From a virus (lineage: Duplodnaviria > Caudoviricetes): 64,000 bases of DNA. The translations under genes and the position numbers were made by a program. This document shows, one piece after another, positions 30,375-40,600 of this stretch. The stretch lies in IMG/VR virus record IMGVR_UViG_3300033145_002422; one strand, given 5' to 3'. The notes under the pieces are model-generated. The model did no database searches. It was given only the letters and a program-made list of their open reading frames with translations, and was not told the DNA's origin. Each line of letters begins with the position of its first letter. Positions within the stretch are counted from its first letter, which is position 1.

Positions 30375-30662
30375 ATGAAAGTTATAAAAACCAGCCAATT
30401 TGAGGATTATAAAAATAAGCAATACACTTATGATTTAGTACTCCTTCCCCTGAGCCATGAGCCGGAAAATACGGGAACAAAGGTTTTATTTACCACGGTG
30501 GCAGATTCGGATGAAGAGGCAGAGCAGCATTTAGAAAGAAGTATTAGATTGAATATTATACCCCTTGACAAAGGTGATAGAATTAAATATTACATATCTA
30601 ATGGATTGGCGAAATGGAATAAGAATTTGAGACCTATCGTTAAAGAAGATACGGAGTTTTGA
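30375..30662 (+). CDS. Hypothetical protein (MKVIKTSQ start)
   Basis: Start moved to ATG 30375 after AGGA. Confidence 0.6.
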   Translation: MKVIKTSQFEDYKNKQYTYDLVLLPLSHEPENTGTKVLFTTVADSDEEAEQHLERSIRLNIIPLDKGDRIKYYISNGLAKWNKNLRPIVKEDTEF

Positions 30663-30681
30663 TTATGGGAAAAGAGATAAC

Positions 30682-30788
30682 CGAGGGCTATTACTGGCGG
30701 GAGATCAGAAATGAGCCGTTTTCTTGGTATAATAGGGCAGATGATAGCCCTTATCCACAAAGAGACACATTGGGAAATTGGGGGTAAT
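30682..30788 (+). repeat. 107-bp perfect direct repeat, copy 2
   Basis: Identical to 29405-29511; in frame with ATG 30665 (40-aa ORF). Confidence 0.95.
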
Positions 30789-30789
30789 T

Positions 30790-31224
30790 ATGAAAATAGT
30801 ATATTCACAATCTGTAGTTGATTTTCTTGTAGATATGTTTCCACAATTTTCTGGAAAAATTAAGCGAGGAAAACATTATATAGATGTAAAAGCTGCTAAT
30901 TGTCTTTATTCTATTTGGAATAATGAAAAAAATCAATTGTCTGATAAAATGCTTAAATCTCCATCTAATGTAAAGGATTCTGAATTAACTTTGATGCAAC
31001 AAGAAGGTTTGGTAAAAAAGATGGGTTCAAATATAGAAATAACTGAAAAGGGTAAGGAAATTATTAAGATAATGATACTCGGAGATGATAGATCTATATT
31101 TGATAATAATAAAAATCAGATAGATTTTAAGATAGCATCTCAAAATGTTGATACTCCAGCAAAGTTAAAAAAACAAAAGAAAAAAGTCGAAGATATGTGG
31201 TGGGGAAATTTGTTTAGGAGATAG
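30790..31224 (+). CDS. Hypothetical protein with a winged-helix-like segment
   Basis: LMQQEGLV...IEITEKGKEII; start moved to ATG 30790. Confidence 0.6.
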   Translation: MKIVYSQSVVDFLVDMFPQFSGKIKRGKHYIDVKAANCLYSIWNNEKNQLSDKMLKSPSNVKDSELTLMQQEGLVKKMGSNIEITEKGKEIIKIMILGDDRSIFDNNKNQIDFKIASQNVDTPAKLKKQKKKVEDMWWGNLFRR

Positions 31225-31227
31225 GTT

Positions 31228-31620
31228 ATGTCGCATGTAGAAGTTTTTAATCTTATTATAAAAGATATCAAGATGGAATGTTTTAAGAGAGACTTACAGT
31301 GGTACGATATAAAGAAGCATGAAATGTTAAAGTTCAATTGTTCAAAATTAGAGTTTATAAGAACGTATGATAACGAATTAAAAGAATATAGGGTATTACC
31401 AAAAGCTGTTAATGAAGAAATTAAAAAAATAAGAAATATACAAGATGAATCATCTGTAGATAAGTGGTTTAATAGATATTTAAATTATAATAATATAGAT
31501 GCTTATGTTACTTCAAATTCTATTGATAGCATTACGTTTTATGTTGATGAAGAAGAAGATTTAAAAGATTTTTTATATGACCTTGAAAGAAATAATTTTA
31601 GATTTTCTGTAACGAGCTAA
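31228..31620 (+). CDS. Hypothetical protein
   Basis: AGGAG SD; operon position. Confidence 0.6.
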   Translation: MSHVEVFNLIIKDIKMECFKRDLQWYDIKKHEMLKFNCSKLEFIRTYDNELKEYRVLPKAVNEEIKKIRNIQDESSVDKWFNRYLNYNNIDAYVTSNSIDSITFYVDEEEDLKDFLYDLERNNFRFSVTS

Positions 31621-31621
31621 T

Positions 31622-32020
31622 ATGGAAACAAAAAATAAAGATCATCCTATTTTATATGCAGAAGTTGTAGAAACTCTTGCTGATACAGCAAGGGGTTTGA
31701 TGTTTAGAAAAACTCTTCCTCCAAGTGCTGGTATGCTATTTAAATTTAAGTATCCAAGACAGTTAAAATTTTGGGGAGATAATACATATATTCCATTAGA
31801 TATAGCTTTCGTAAAAGAGAATGGTAAGATAGATCAAATAGCGAAGATATCTCCATTATCTAGAAAAGTTATTTGTAGTAATGGAGATTGTGTTATGGCA
31901 ATAGAGGCTAATGATGGATTCTTTAATAATAATATGATAAAAATAGGAGATATTATAGAAATAGAGAAAGATGGGATAGGTGGTTGTTGTATATCTTTTA
32001 AGAAAAATAAAGGAAAATAG
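31622..32020 (+). CDS. DUF192 family protein
   Basis: RGLMFR..L...GMLF.F...FW..NT.IPLDIAF...AIEAN.G.F. Confidence 0.85.
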   Translation: METKNKDHPILYAEVVETLADTARGLMFRKTLPPSAGMLFKFKYPRQLKFWGDNTYIPLDIAFVKENGKIDQIAKISPLSRKVICSNGDCVMAIEANDGFFNNNMIKIGDIIEIEKDGIGGCCISFKKNKGK

Positions 32021-32043
32021 ATTTTTTCTTTTAATTTCATAAT

Positions 32044-32604
32044 ATGAAGAAATTGATGACAAAATATGTTTTATCTCAAATATTGAATAAAAAGAAGGAA
32101 GATATTGATCTTTTACCTAATCAGACTGGTACTAGAAATGATTTAAGAGTAGTGACTCCTGAAGATATAGAGCAGAATTTGGAAGACGAATTTCAGTATG
32201 ATAATGGCGTAAGCGATATTGGAGTCCCAGGAAACATTGTTGATGATATCGAAGATTATGAACAAGATCAGCAGGGAGAGGAAGTTAAGGAACGTCCTCA
32301 TTTTGATAATGTTTTTGATGCGGTAAGATGGTCTATGGATAATAATGAGTCTATGAGGATACATTATGTTACTCTTAGAGGAAATCATTTTATAAGAGAT
32401 ATTGAACCTCATGGGCAGCATTATTCTGATAAAAGCCATAGAAGCGTTGTTGTAACATGGGATGATACGATGTCAGATGTTAGGTCATTTGTAATGCAAA
32501 ATATTCTTGAATTTGAATTTTTGGGGAAAAAGTTTTCTCCGAAGTTCTTTTTCTCTGATAGGAGTAAATATGTTCCTAAACTCAGGAAAATAAGACATAA
32601 ATAA
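32044..32604 (+). CDS. WYL-like domain protein
   Basis: MRIHY..LRG...RDIEPH...VTWD...VRSF..NI pattern. Confidence 0.6.
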   Translation: MKKLMTKYVLSQILNKKKEDIDLLPNQTGTRNDLRVVTPEDIEQNLEDEFQYDNGVSDIGVPGNIVDDIEDYEQDQQGEEVKERPHFDNVFDAVRWSMDNNESMRIHYVTLRGNHFIRDIEPHGQHYSDKSHRSVVVTWDDTMSDVRSFVMQNILEFEFLGKKFSPKFFFSDRSKYVPKLRKIRHK

Positions 32605-32614
32605 GGAAACTAAT

Positions 32615-33970
32615 ATGAATAAAATAAATAAAAGATTGGAAAAAGTTTCTTCATTCTTGGACAGTATCGGAGAAAAAGGATTATCTAAAAATGTTGGAAA
32701 TATATCTTCTAATGTTCTTAAGGTAGTTGAAGCTCAGTATGTTGGAATTCAGGGTTATTGGATAAGGAATTCTAGATGCTGGCCTAATTGTTATAGGATT
32801 AAAAGAGCTAAGAGTCCTGAATTATCTTCTCAAGAAGTTTGGCAAAAATGCCATAAAGAATATGTAGAGTCGGTTAAGGGGAATAATGAGACTTGGGATA
32901 AGTATGCAGATAACAAGTCTGATATAATGAAAAAGTTTGCTGAAGTTGGACTTACAGATTTATTGAATAATGTTTTAGATATAGAAAGAATGTCATTTGA
33001 TAAAGCATTAGATAGAAATATATCTTCTGGTATACCGATTGGTATAGCTGTAGATGAATCTATCAATGATTGTGTTAGAAAATATGAAAAAGAGCTTGTT
33101 GCCGAAGCGGATTCTTTGATGAAAGTTGCTGTAACTTTGGATAAGGTAGGATATAAGAAAATAGCATCCGAATTGGGTTCTATATCTGTTGATATTATTA
33201 AAGAAGCTGGATTGTGGGAAAAAACAAAGAATTTTTTTAGTAGAGGTTCTAAAAAAATAGTTAATCAATCTGTTTCTGATTTAAGAGTTACTTTTGGTAA
33301 ATATTATCAAGATTTAATGTCTATGATGTCTGCTACAAATTCAGATCCAGCAGCTAGACAATCTCAATTAGCAGCATGGACAAAGAGTAATATGCAGCAA
33401 CTAATTGGTTCTGTTGTAGAAACAAAAGATATTATTGCAGATTCTCTTGCCAAAGGACCAGATAAACAAACGGCAGCTACTGGTAAAAAAGTATTGGTAT
33501 TTTTAAATCAATGGCTTGCATCAGCTACAAAACAAATGACTGTATCTCATATACAAGTTATGTATAACCAGTTAAATAATGCTATTGCGAATATGACTGT
33601 TGAAAATACTATGCCAAGTCGTGTTGCTCCAGCGGCTCCAGCGGCTCAGTCGGCTCCAGCGGCTCAGTCGGCTCCAGCGGCTCAGGCGGCTCCAGCGGCT
33701 CCAGCGGCTCCAGCGGCTCCAGCGGCTCAGGATATGATTGGCGCACATATATCTAAGTTGTATGATATGAAAGATTTAGATTCTTTGCAGAAAATATATA
33801 ATGAAGTTGCTAGCGCTATACAAGCAATTACTTCTGGACAAGGAGAGAAACAGCAAACTGCTGAAGATGAAACATCTTTACCAGGTTTATTTCCAGAACA
33901 ATATGCTAAGACATTTAATAATAGAAAAATAAAATTAGCAAAAAGTAAGAAAGAAAAAAAGGTTTTTTAA
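32615..33970 (+). CDS. Hypothetical protein with an Ala/Pro linker, putative head/internal protein
   Basis: VEAQYVGIQGYWIRN.RCW.NCYR; KEAG motif; (APA)n repeat. Confidence 0.65.
   Translation: MNKINKRLEKVSSFLDSIGEKGLSKNVGNISSNVLKVVEAQYVGIQGYWIRNSRCWPNCYRIKRAKSPELSSQEVWQKCHKEYVESVKGNNETWDKYADNKSDIMKKFAEVGLTDLLNNVLDIERMSFDKALDRNISSGIPIGIAVDESINDCVRKYEKELVAEADSLMKVAVTLDKVGYKKIASELGSISVDIIKEAGLWEKTKNFFSRGSKKIVNQSVSDLRVTFGKYYQDLMSMMSATNSDPAARQSQLAAWTKSNMQQLIGSVVETKDIIADSLAKGPDKQTAATGKKVLVFLNQWLASATKQMTVSHIQVMYNQLNNAIANMTVENTMPSRVAPAAPAAQSAPAAQSAPAAQAAPAAPAAPAAPAAQDMIGAHISKLYDMKDLDSLQKIYNEVASAIQAITSGQGEKQQTAEDETSLPGLFPEQYAKTFNNRKIKLAKSKKEKKVF
33626..33730 (+). repeat. 9-bp tandem repeat (gctccagcg and variants) encoding APA/AQS
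   Basis: About 11.5 GC-rich units in AT-rich context. Confidence 0.9.
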
Positions 33971-33987
33971 GTAATATATAGAATTGT
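33958..33987 (+). promoter_or_regulatory. Putative phage late promoter
   Basis: AAAGG-N17-AGAATTG. Confidence 0.45.
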
Positions 33988-34039
33988 AATGTAAGTGAAT
34001 GTTTTTATAACAATTTTAGTTAAAATAAGGAGTTAACAT

Positions 34040-34450
34040 ATGGACGTTAAATTTGTAACTGGTTCAATTAATTTGGGAAGTAAAAAGACAATGGCTGATA
34101 TTGCTTCGGATGTTCTTGGTAGAGGAACAAAGAAAGAGGCATCTGCTGAAAAGGTTGTAAAAACAGCTAAAAAGGCTGAAGAAGATAAGGTTGAAAAAAA
34201 GGCTGAAGAAGATAAGGATGAAGAAGATATGGCTGAAAAAGATATGGTTGAAGAAGAAGATGAAGCTGCTGGTGATGAAGAAGAGAAAGAAGCTAAAGTT
34301 AAAGCCAAGAAAGAAGTTAAGGCTGAAACAAAGAAGATACAATTTGTTAAGATCGCTAAACTTACTCCGGAAAGCAGGAATTTCTTAAAGGAATTTTGGC
34401 TTAATATTTATTCCCCAGAGTATGTTGAAGCTATGCTTGCTGAGAAATAA
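34040..34450 (+). CDS. Hypothetical acidic/Lys-rich protein
   Basis: AAGGAG SD; KAEEDK repeats. Confidence 0.7.
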   Translation: MDVKFVTGSINLGSKKTMADIASDVLGRGTKKEASAEKVVKTAKKAEEDKVEKKAEEDKDEEDMAEKDMVEEEDEAAGDEEEKEAKVKAKKEVKAETKKIQFVKIAKLTPESRNFLKEFWLNIYSPEYVEAMLAEK

Positions 34451-34479
34451 TTTGAACCATTTTTTAATAGGAGAATATA

Positions 34480-35163
34480 ATGTCAATTGTTCCTAGTGGG
34501 ACAAGAAGGATCATGCAGGCTCAATCATTTGGGGATACAATGAATCCTCAGAATGGTTTAGGTAAACTCGATTTGGGTCAACTTACTTCTGGTGGTCAAG
34601 AATTTGTTCCACAAAATACTGAACAAATATCTATAGAACCATCTAAAGATGTTGAAAATTTAACATTAGATATTGATAAGAATAAAAAACCTTCTGATAT
34701 TAGCGAATATATATTTGAAAAACTTCAATCTTTTGGATATCCTCCAAGAAGATTAGAAGAATTTGAAAGTGAGTTTGTTAAACAAAAATTTTATCCTGGA
34801 GAAAATAGAGAAGTAACGGTAATTATTCCCGATAGATATTATGGTATGAAGAAGGGTTTATCGGAAGAGGATGTCAATTCTATTATAAAAGAGATATCTG
34901 ATAAATTTGGTTTGAGTTTTTTAGAAGGTGATAGAGAAGATAAAAAAATAACTCTTGAATTTATGTCTCAACAGCAGGCTCAGCAGTTGGCAAAAGATGA
35001 AGAGGCTAGTGCTGTAGCAGGAGATGAATTAGATGAAGTATATGGAGTTCCATCTAAGGAAAAAGATAAAAAAAGAAGTAAGAAGACGAAAGCTTATACT
35101 GCCTGGGAACTAATTAAGATGGGTAGAGAATCTTGGCTTGAATCATTTATGAAGAGAAGTTAA
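34480..35163 (+). CDS. Hypothetical protein
   Basis: AGGAG SD. Confidence 0.65.
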   Translation: MSIVPSGTRRIMQAQSFGDTMNPQNGLGKLDLGQLTSGGQEFVPQNTEQISIEPSKDVENLTLDIDKNKKPSDISEYIFEKLQSFGYPPRRLEEFESEFVKQKFYPGENREVTVIIPDRYYGMKKGLSEEDVNSIIKEISDKFGLSFLEGDREDKKITLEFMSQQQAQQLAKDEEASAVAGDELDEVYGVPSKEKDKKRSKKTKAYTAWELIKMGRESWLESFMKRS

Positions 35164-35178
35164 TTTTAGGAGAGTAAA

Positions 35179-35886
35179 ATGATAGATAGAATGTCCAATC
35201 AAAATAAGATAGGTTTTCTGTTTGGAGATGGAAAACTTGATAGATTGAATAGAGAAGCGAAAGAAGTAAAAAATAATGTGAAGTTGGTTGAAGAGGTTAA
35301 AACAAATGAATTAAAAGATGTTGCAGAATTACAAAAGGCTAAAAAGGCAGATCATCATGATATGATTTCCAGGGGTACAAAAATAATGTCTACAACTGGT
35401 GGAATTCAAACTGATATTGGAGGTCCAAAAAAATATCTTAAATCTGAAACTTCTAATAGTATTTTTGATACAGAAGTTATTGAAAGGTTGATGGAAACAA
35501 AAGGAAGTCAGGAAGAATCCAAAGAAATTAAAGATAATATTCAAAAAGTTAGGAATAGCATTAATGCAGAAGTGATGAATGAACTTACAGACAATTTGAA
35601 AGACACTGACCAGAGAAAAGGTTCTAACGTTTCTTCTTTGAGTGAATATGTTGGTGGTTCTAAATATAGAAAACCAGTTAATGGTTTGAGCATTTTTGAT
35701 GATGATTTTGATTTCTCAAGGGTTCCTGAAAAAACGGCAGGAGAAAAGGTTTCTGATAGAGTTATTGAAGAAAGAGGAAAGAAAGACAATTCTTGGCAAA
35801 AAGTTTCTAAGAGTAAGTCGATGCAAGAATTGCAAAATAAACTTATTGATAGTTTTATACATAGAGATAGGGATCATGAAAAATAA
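35179..35886 (+). CDS. Hypothetical protein
   Basis: AGGAG SD. Confidence 0.65.
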   Translation: MIDRMSNQNKIGFLFGDGKLDRLNREAKEVKNNVKLVEEVKTNELKDVAELQKAKKADHHDMISRGTKIMSTTGGIQTDIGGPKKYLKSETSNSIFDTEVIERLMETKGSQEESKEIKDNIQKVRNSINAEVMNELTDNLKDTDQRKGSNVSSLSEYVGGSKYRKPVNGLSIFDDDFDFSRVPEKTAGEKVSDRVIEERGKKDNSWQKVSKSKSMQELQNKLIDSFIHRDRDHEK

Positions 35887-37180
35887 GATTGCACAAGGAA
35901 TAGACGGGATAGAAGAATTGCAACGTGCTTTGCAAAGTATTTCTTCTGTTGCAGGACAGAATTTTGGTATTCCGGCAAATATATTACAATCTCAAGATAT
36001 GAATCTTGTAATAGATTATTTGAATAATATGGATAGTATTTTGAAGCAATTGCAAACTGTTGTTGGTGATATTTCTAATTCTGTTTATAGGGAGTTAACA
36101 GCAAAAAGAGATTTACAATCTCAAATGGTTCAAAATCAGCAGCAGCAATTAGCACAAACAAAAGGAGCTACTACTATTTTTAATATAAAAAAATTCTCGC
36201 AGTTTGATATGGATTCGCCTTCTTTGAGTGGTGATGTCTCTCTTGATTCTTTAGCTGATATGGATATGGGTGAAGATATGGGTGAAGATATTGGTGTGAA
36301 TATGGATATAAATGAAACTGGTGAAGTTAAATTTGCAGATGGTTCTGATTTAAAAAATTGGCTTGAAACTATAGAACCTATGGATGCTATAGAACAACTA
36401 ACGAATATTTCTGGTGATCAGCTAATGTCAGATAAGTCAGATGTTATGAGAGATCCTGTAGAAATAATTAAGGGCGGTGTAGAAAGATTTTTTAGAGATG
36501 GAACAATAGAACAGGAGAAATTAAGAATAGCTATGGAAATATATGATATTTTACCTAATTCTGCTAAAGTTGAGCAATCTAATGAAGAGAATGTTGTAGA
36601 GGCTCCTTTTGAAGGGTCAACAGAAGTTCTCGGTTTTGTTAACGAGATAGATAAGAGTATAAGAATAAAAGCTAAATCTGATGCTTCTAATGTAAAAAAG
36701 GCATCTAGTTTTAATATGAAAAAACATGCTCAAGCAAAAACGATTGAAAATGTTATTATGTATGGGGCAGACGAGAAAAGGGTAGACCCATTTTCTAGAC
36801 AGCCAGTTTCAGATTGGAGCATTGTAGAGAGGAATAAAGGATTCGGTCTTGTTGTTGATGACGTTTGGAATATAGACTGGGAAGCACTATGGCGTGGAAA
36901 TATTATGGATAAGTACAGTCGTCCATATAGAGATAATAAAGGCGATTGGGTTGGTGGATACATACAGAAAAGATTTGAAGTAGACAAATGGATACCTGTT
37001 GAAAATAATATGCAACTTCCTCCAGGCCAAACAAGAAAGGAATATATTCCTGGACAAGGAAATATGGAAGAAAGATTAGAAACTATGAGGGCTGCAAAAG
37101 CTAAAGAAAGAGGATATGCTCCAGATTCTAGTGGGCATTCTTTTAACTGGAAAGAAGCTTCAAAAAAAAAAGTAAAATAA
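35876..37180 (+). CDS. Hypothetical protein, putative head protein; possible frameshift extension to 37632
   Basis: Start moved to MKNKIAQ at 35876; FNIKKFSQ and FNMKKHAQ motifs; ends at an A10 run. Confidence 0.7.
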   Translation: MKNKIAQGIDGIEELQRALQSISSVAGQNFGIPANILQSQDMNLVIDYLNNMDSILKQLQTVVGDISNSVYRELTAKRDLQSQMVQNQQQQLAQTKGATTIFNIKKFSQFDMDSPSLSGDVSLDSLADMDMGEDMGEDIGVNMDINETGEVKFADGSDLKNWLETIEPMDAIEQLTNISGDQLMSDKSDVMRDPVEIIKGGVERFFRDGTIEQEKLRIAMEIYDILPNSAKVEQSNEENVVEAPFEGSTEVLGFVNEIDKSIRIKAKSDASNVKKASSFNMKKHAQAKTIENVIMYGADEKRVDPFSRQPVSDWSIVERNKGFGLVVDDVWNIDWEALWRGNIMDKYSRPYRDNKGDWVGGYIQKRFEVDKWIPVENNMQLPPGQTRKEYIPGQGNMEERLETMRAAKAKERGYAPDSSGHSFNWKEASKKKVK

Positions 37181-37632
37181 AGCAATCTCAACTTAATTCT
37201 TTAAAAGATCCATTTCAAGATAAAAAACCGAAAGGAAGTTTAGACGATAAACCATTACCAAATGTAAAAATATGTTTAGATTGTAACTCTAGAGTTTCAG
37301 ATAATGCTATGGAATGTCCTAATTGTGGTTCTAAAAAATTAAAAATAATAGGAATTCAACCCAGATCTCCTAATCCAATAGGAATATCGCCTTCTCCTAA
37401 GAAAATAATGCCAGAATATGTACAACAAGGTGTTCCATTGACTAGTTCAGATAATAGTCAAGAATTTTTATTTAATAGTAAACTAGATAACAGATTAATT
37501 GAAGCAAAAAAGAAGCAATATCATTCTGAAGAGTTTAAAATGTTATTAAGTCCTTTGGAAGAAAACGATGAAAATTCCGATAATATAAATGATATTGAAC
37601 AATCTGCTAATGATTTAGCAATTGATGGGTAA
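37147..37632 (+). CDS. Zn-ribbon ORF, probably expressed as a -1 frameshift extension of the upstream gene
   Basis: Frame is open from 37147; CLDC upstream of ATG 37309 pairs with CPNC; no SD before ATG 37309. Confidence 0.55.
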   Translation: MERSFKKKSKIKQSQLNSLKDPFQDKKPKGSLDDKPLPNVKICLDCNSRVSDNAMECPNCGSKKLKIIGIQPRSPNPIGISPSPKKIMPEYVQQGVPLTSSDNSQEFLFNSKLDNRLIEAKKKQYHSEEFKMLLSPLEENDENSDNINDIEQSANDLAIDG

Positions 37633-37650
37633 TAATGGAGATAGAATAAA

Positions 37651-40600
37651 ATGGCTATTAAGTTTCATCTACCAGATAAAAATACTGATAAGAAGAAGAT
37701 GGCGGCATCTTCTGGATCATACCATTCTTCTACTCAAAAAACTCAAATGAGATATGCTTCTAGTCAATCTGTTAATTTACCAATAACTAAAAATTCGCAA
37801 TATGCTGGTTCTGCTGCTAATGTTACAATGACTCAGCCTATGTTTTTCTCGCCTTTACATACGCCTCAGAATTGGCAGATTGCTAGTAAGCGCAGAGAAA
37901 TATATCAATGGTCTAGATTTTATTATGAGAATGAACCCAAGGTAGCTGCTGGAGTAGATTTTTATTCGCAATTTCCAATGAATGGATTTAGATTAGAATG
38001 TAAGAGCAAAAAGATATTAAAATATTTTGAAAAAATAGTAAAAGATTTGAGATTAAATCACTGGTTAAAATTAATTAGTCATGAATATTATTTGTTAGGT
38101 GATGTATTTCCTTTTTTAGAAATTGAATGTCCTATTTGTGGAGGCTCAGGTGTAGATTTAGAAGGAAATTTATGTAATCATCCAGGTGGAAAGATAAAAA
38201 GAATTGTTGTTTTAAATCCTGATTGGATTGAAGTTCAACAAAATGTTATTGCATCTGAACCTCTTGTGGCTTTAATTCCAGATGAAGAATTAAGAATGAT
38301 TGTTACCCGAAGACAGCCAAAACAGATATATGATAGATTGCCAGCTAAATTAATAGAAATGGTTTCTACTGGTCAACCTATTCCGCTATCGAACAGATGT
38401 GTGAGTCATTTAAAACATAATGCAAGTCCATACGGTACATACGGAACATCTATGCTTCGTAGATTATTTACGATGCTTGCATATAAGACAAAACTTATTA
38501 CAGCTAACTGGATTGTTGCTGAAAGATTAATTCTTCCAGTTAGAGTTGTTAAGATTGGAGATAAAGATCGTCCAGCGAGTGTTGATGATATTGCAGATGC
38601 TTCTAATCAGTTGTCTGCTGTTGCTAATGATCCTAATTTAACTATTGTTACCCATCATGCTTTTGATTATGAGTGGTACGGGGCTTGCTATTCTTCTGAT
38701 ACAGAAATACTTACAAAAGATGGTTGGAAACATTTTTATGATATATCTGATAACGGTATAGAGGTGGCAACATACAATAAAGATAGTGGCAAGATGGAAT
38801 ATCAAATGCCTTTGGAATATCATGAGTATGATTTTAAATCAAACAGCAAGTTGAAAATGTATCATTTTAATCACAAATCTGTTGATGTGATGGTTACTCC
38901 GAACCATAGGATGCTTATCGAGAGAAATGGAAAAATGATGGAAATTTATTCTCAAGATGTTAAACATGATGATAAATTTGTATCAACTGCCGACTGGGAT
39001 GGGCAGATTCCTGACGTTATGCCATATAAAAAATCCGCTTTAAGTCACATGAGTCTTGACGATTATTTAAGATTTATTGGTTATTATATTTCTGAAGGTG
39101 GGTTAAAAATAGAAAAAAATAAAAATCTTGTTAAAGATAAGATTATTCAAGCTTGTTCGATAAGCCAATCTAAATTTAGCGATTGTTATAACGACATAGA
39201 AGATGCGGTTTGTACGGCTTATTCCAAATACTCAACATATCATGATGATAGAGGAAGTGGTTGTTCGTTATTCGGTATCAATAGTGTAGAAATAGCTAGA
39301 TATTTAGCAGCAGAATTCGGCACTCATGCTTACAACAAAACTATTCCTTCTTGGATTAAAAATCTACCAAAGGATAGGTTGAAAGTTCTTTATGACGCTA
39401 TGATGAGCGGCGATGGAGATGTTAGAGAAGATGGAGAAAAACCAAGATATAGATATGTAACTACTTCAAAAAACTTAGCTGATGATTTTTCTGAGATATG
39501 TTTTAAATTAGGATATTTTACCACAACTCAGAAAGAGAAGTATACAAAGTCAAAAAATAGAAGAAATATTTATAGATTGTATTGGTCTGAAAAAAGAAAA
39601 GAAACTAAATTTAATATACGAAAACAACATATTTCTAGAGAAGAATATAATGGAAAAGTTTACTGTGTAAAGGTTCCTAATAGTTGGCTCGTTGTCAGAA
39701 GAAATGGACGGATTTCCATTCAAGGTAACACCGGCAAGATACACAATATTACTAGTGAATTAGAACAGATAGGTAAAGAACTTCTTGATGGTTTAATGTT
39801 GAACCAGAGCCTTTTGAACGGGGAAATGGGCGCTTATTGCCATAGTGAAGATACCTTAACATTAACTGATTCTGGATTTAAAAGATACGATGAGATTACC
39901 AAGAAAGATAAAATAGCATGTTATAATCCGGATACTAAGAAACTGGAATATCACAAATATAAAGAAAAGTATGTTTATGATTATAATGGAGAAATGGTTA
40001 ATTTCAAGACCGATAAGATAGATATTAAAGTTACTCCAAATCATAGAATGTTTATACAGCCTAGAGGTAAAAAAGGATTTAGATTTATAGAAGCTAAAGA
40101 TGTTAGGGCAAGAGCAAAGTTGATCCAGTCTGTTGATGGATTCGATGGCAGTTATCAAAAAGAAATTACTATTGGGGATGAAACCTATTCTATATATGAT
40201 TTCTGCCAGATGATTGGATATTATGCTTCTGAGGGTTCTGTTTCAGAGGAAAAGAGAGAAAATAGAATTAAGGGAATAAAAACATTAAATATTCACCAAT
40301 CTATAAATGGAAAAGCTAGAAGTGGAATATGCGAATTATATAGCAGGATGTTTGATACTGGATATGAATCAGAAAATAGCGTTTCTATTTATAAGCCAGA
40401 ATTAGCTAAATATCTTTCTGAAAACTGTGGTCGTCATTCTTATTTCAAAAAAATACCTCAATTTGTTAAAAATCTTTCTTCTGAATGTTTGGAAGTAGTT
40501 TTGAAAGCCTTATTAGATGGAGACGGTTCTTATAATATAAGTAATGATGGAAGGAAGAATGGTCATTATAGATATTATACCAGTAGCGATCAACTTGCAA

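Noticed and set aside
29405-30788. Repeat pair as the template and variable repeats of a diversity-generating retroelement
   Set aside because: The copies are identical with no adenine-specific mismatches, and there is no reverse transcriptase in the window
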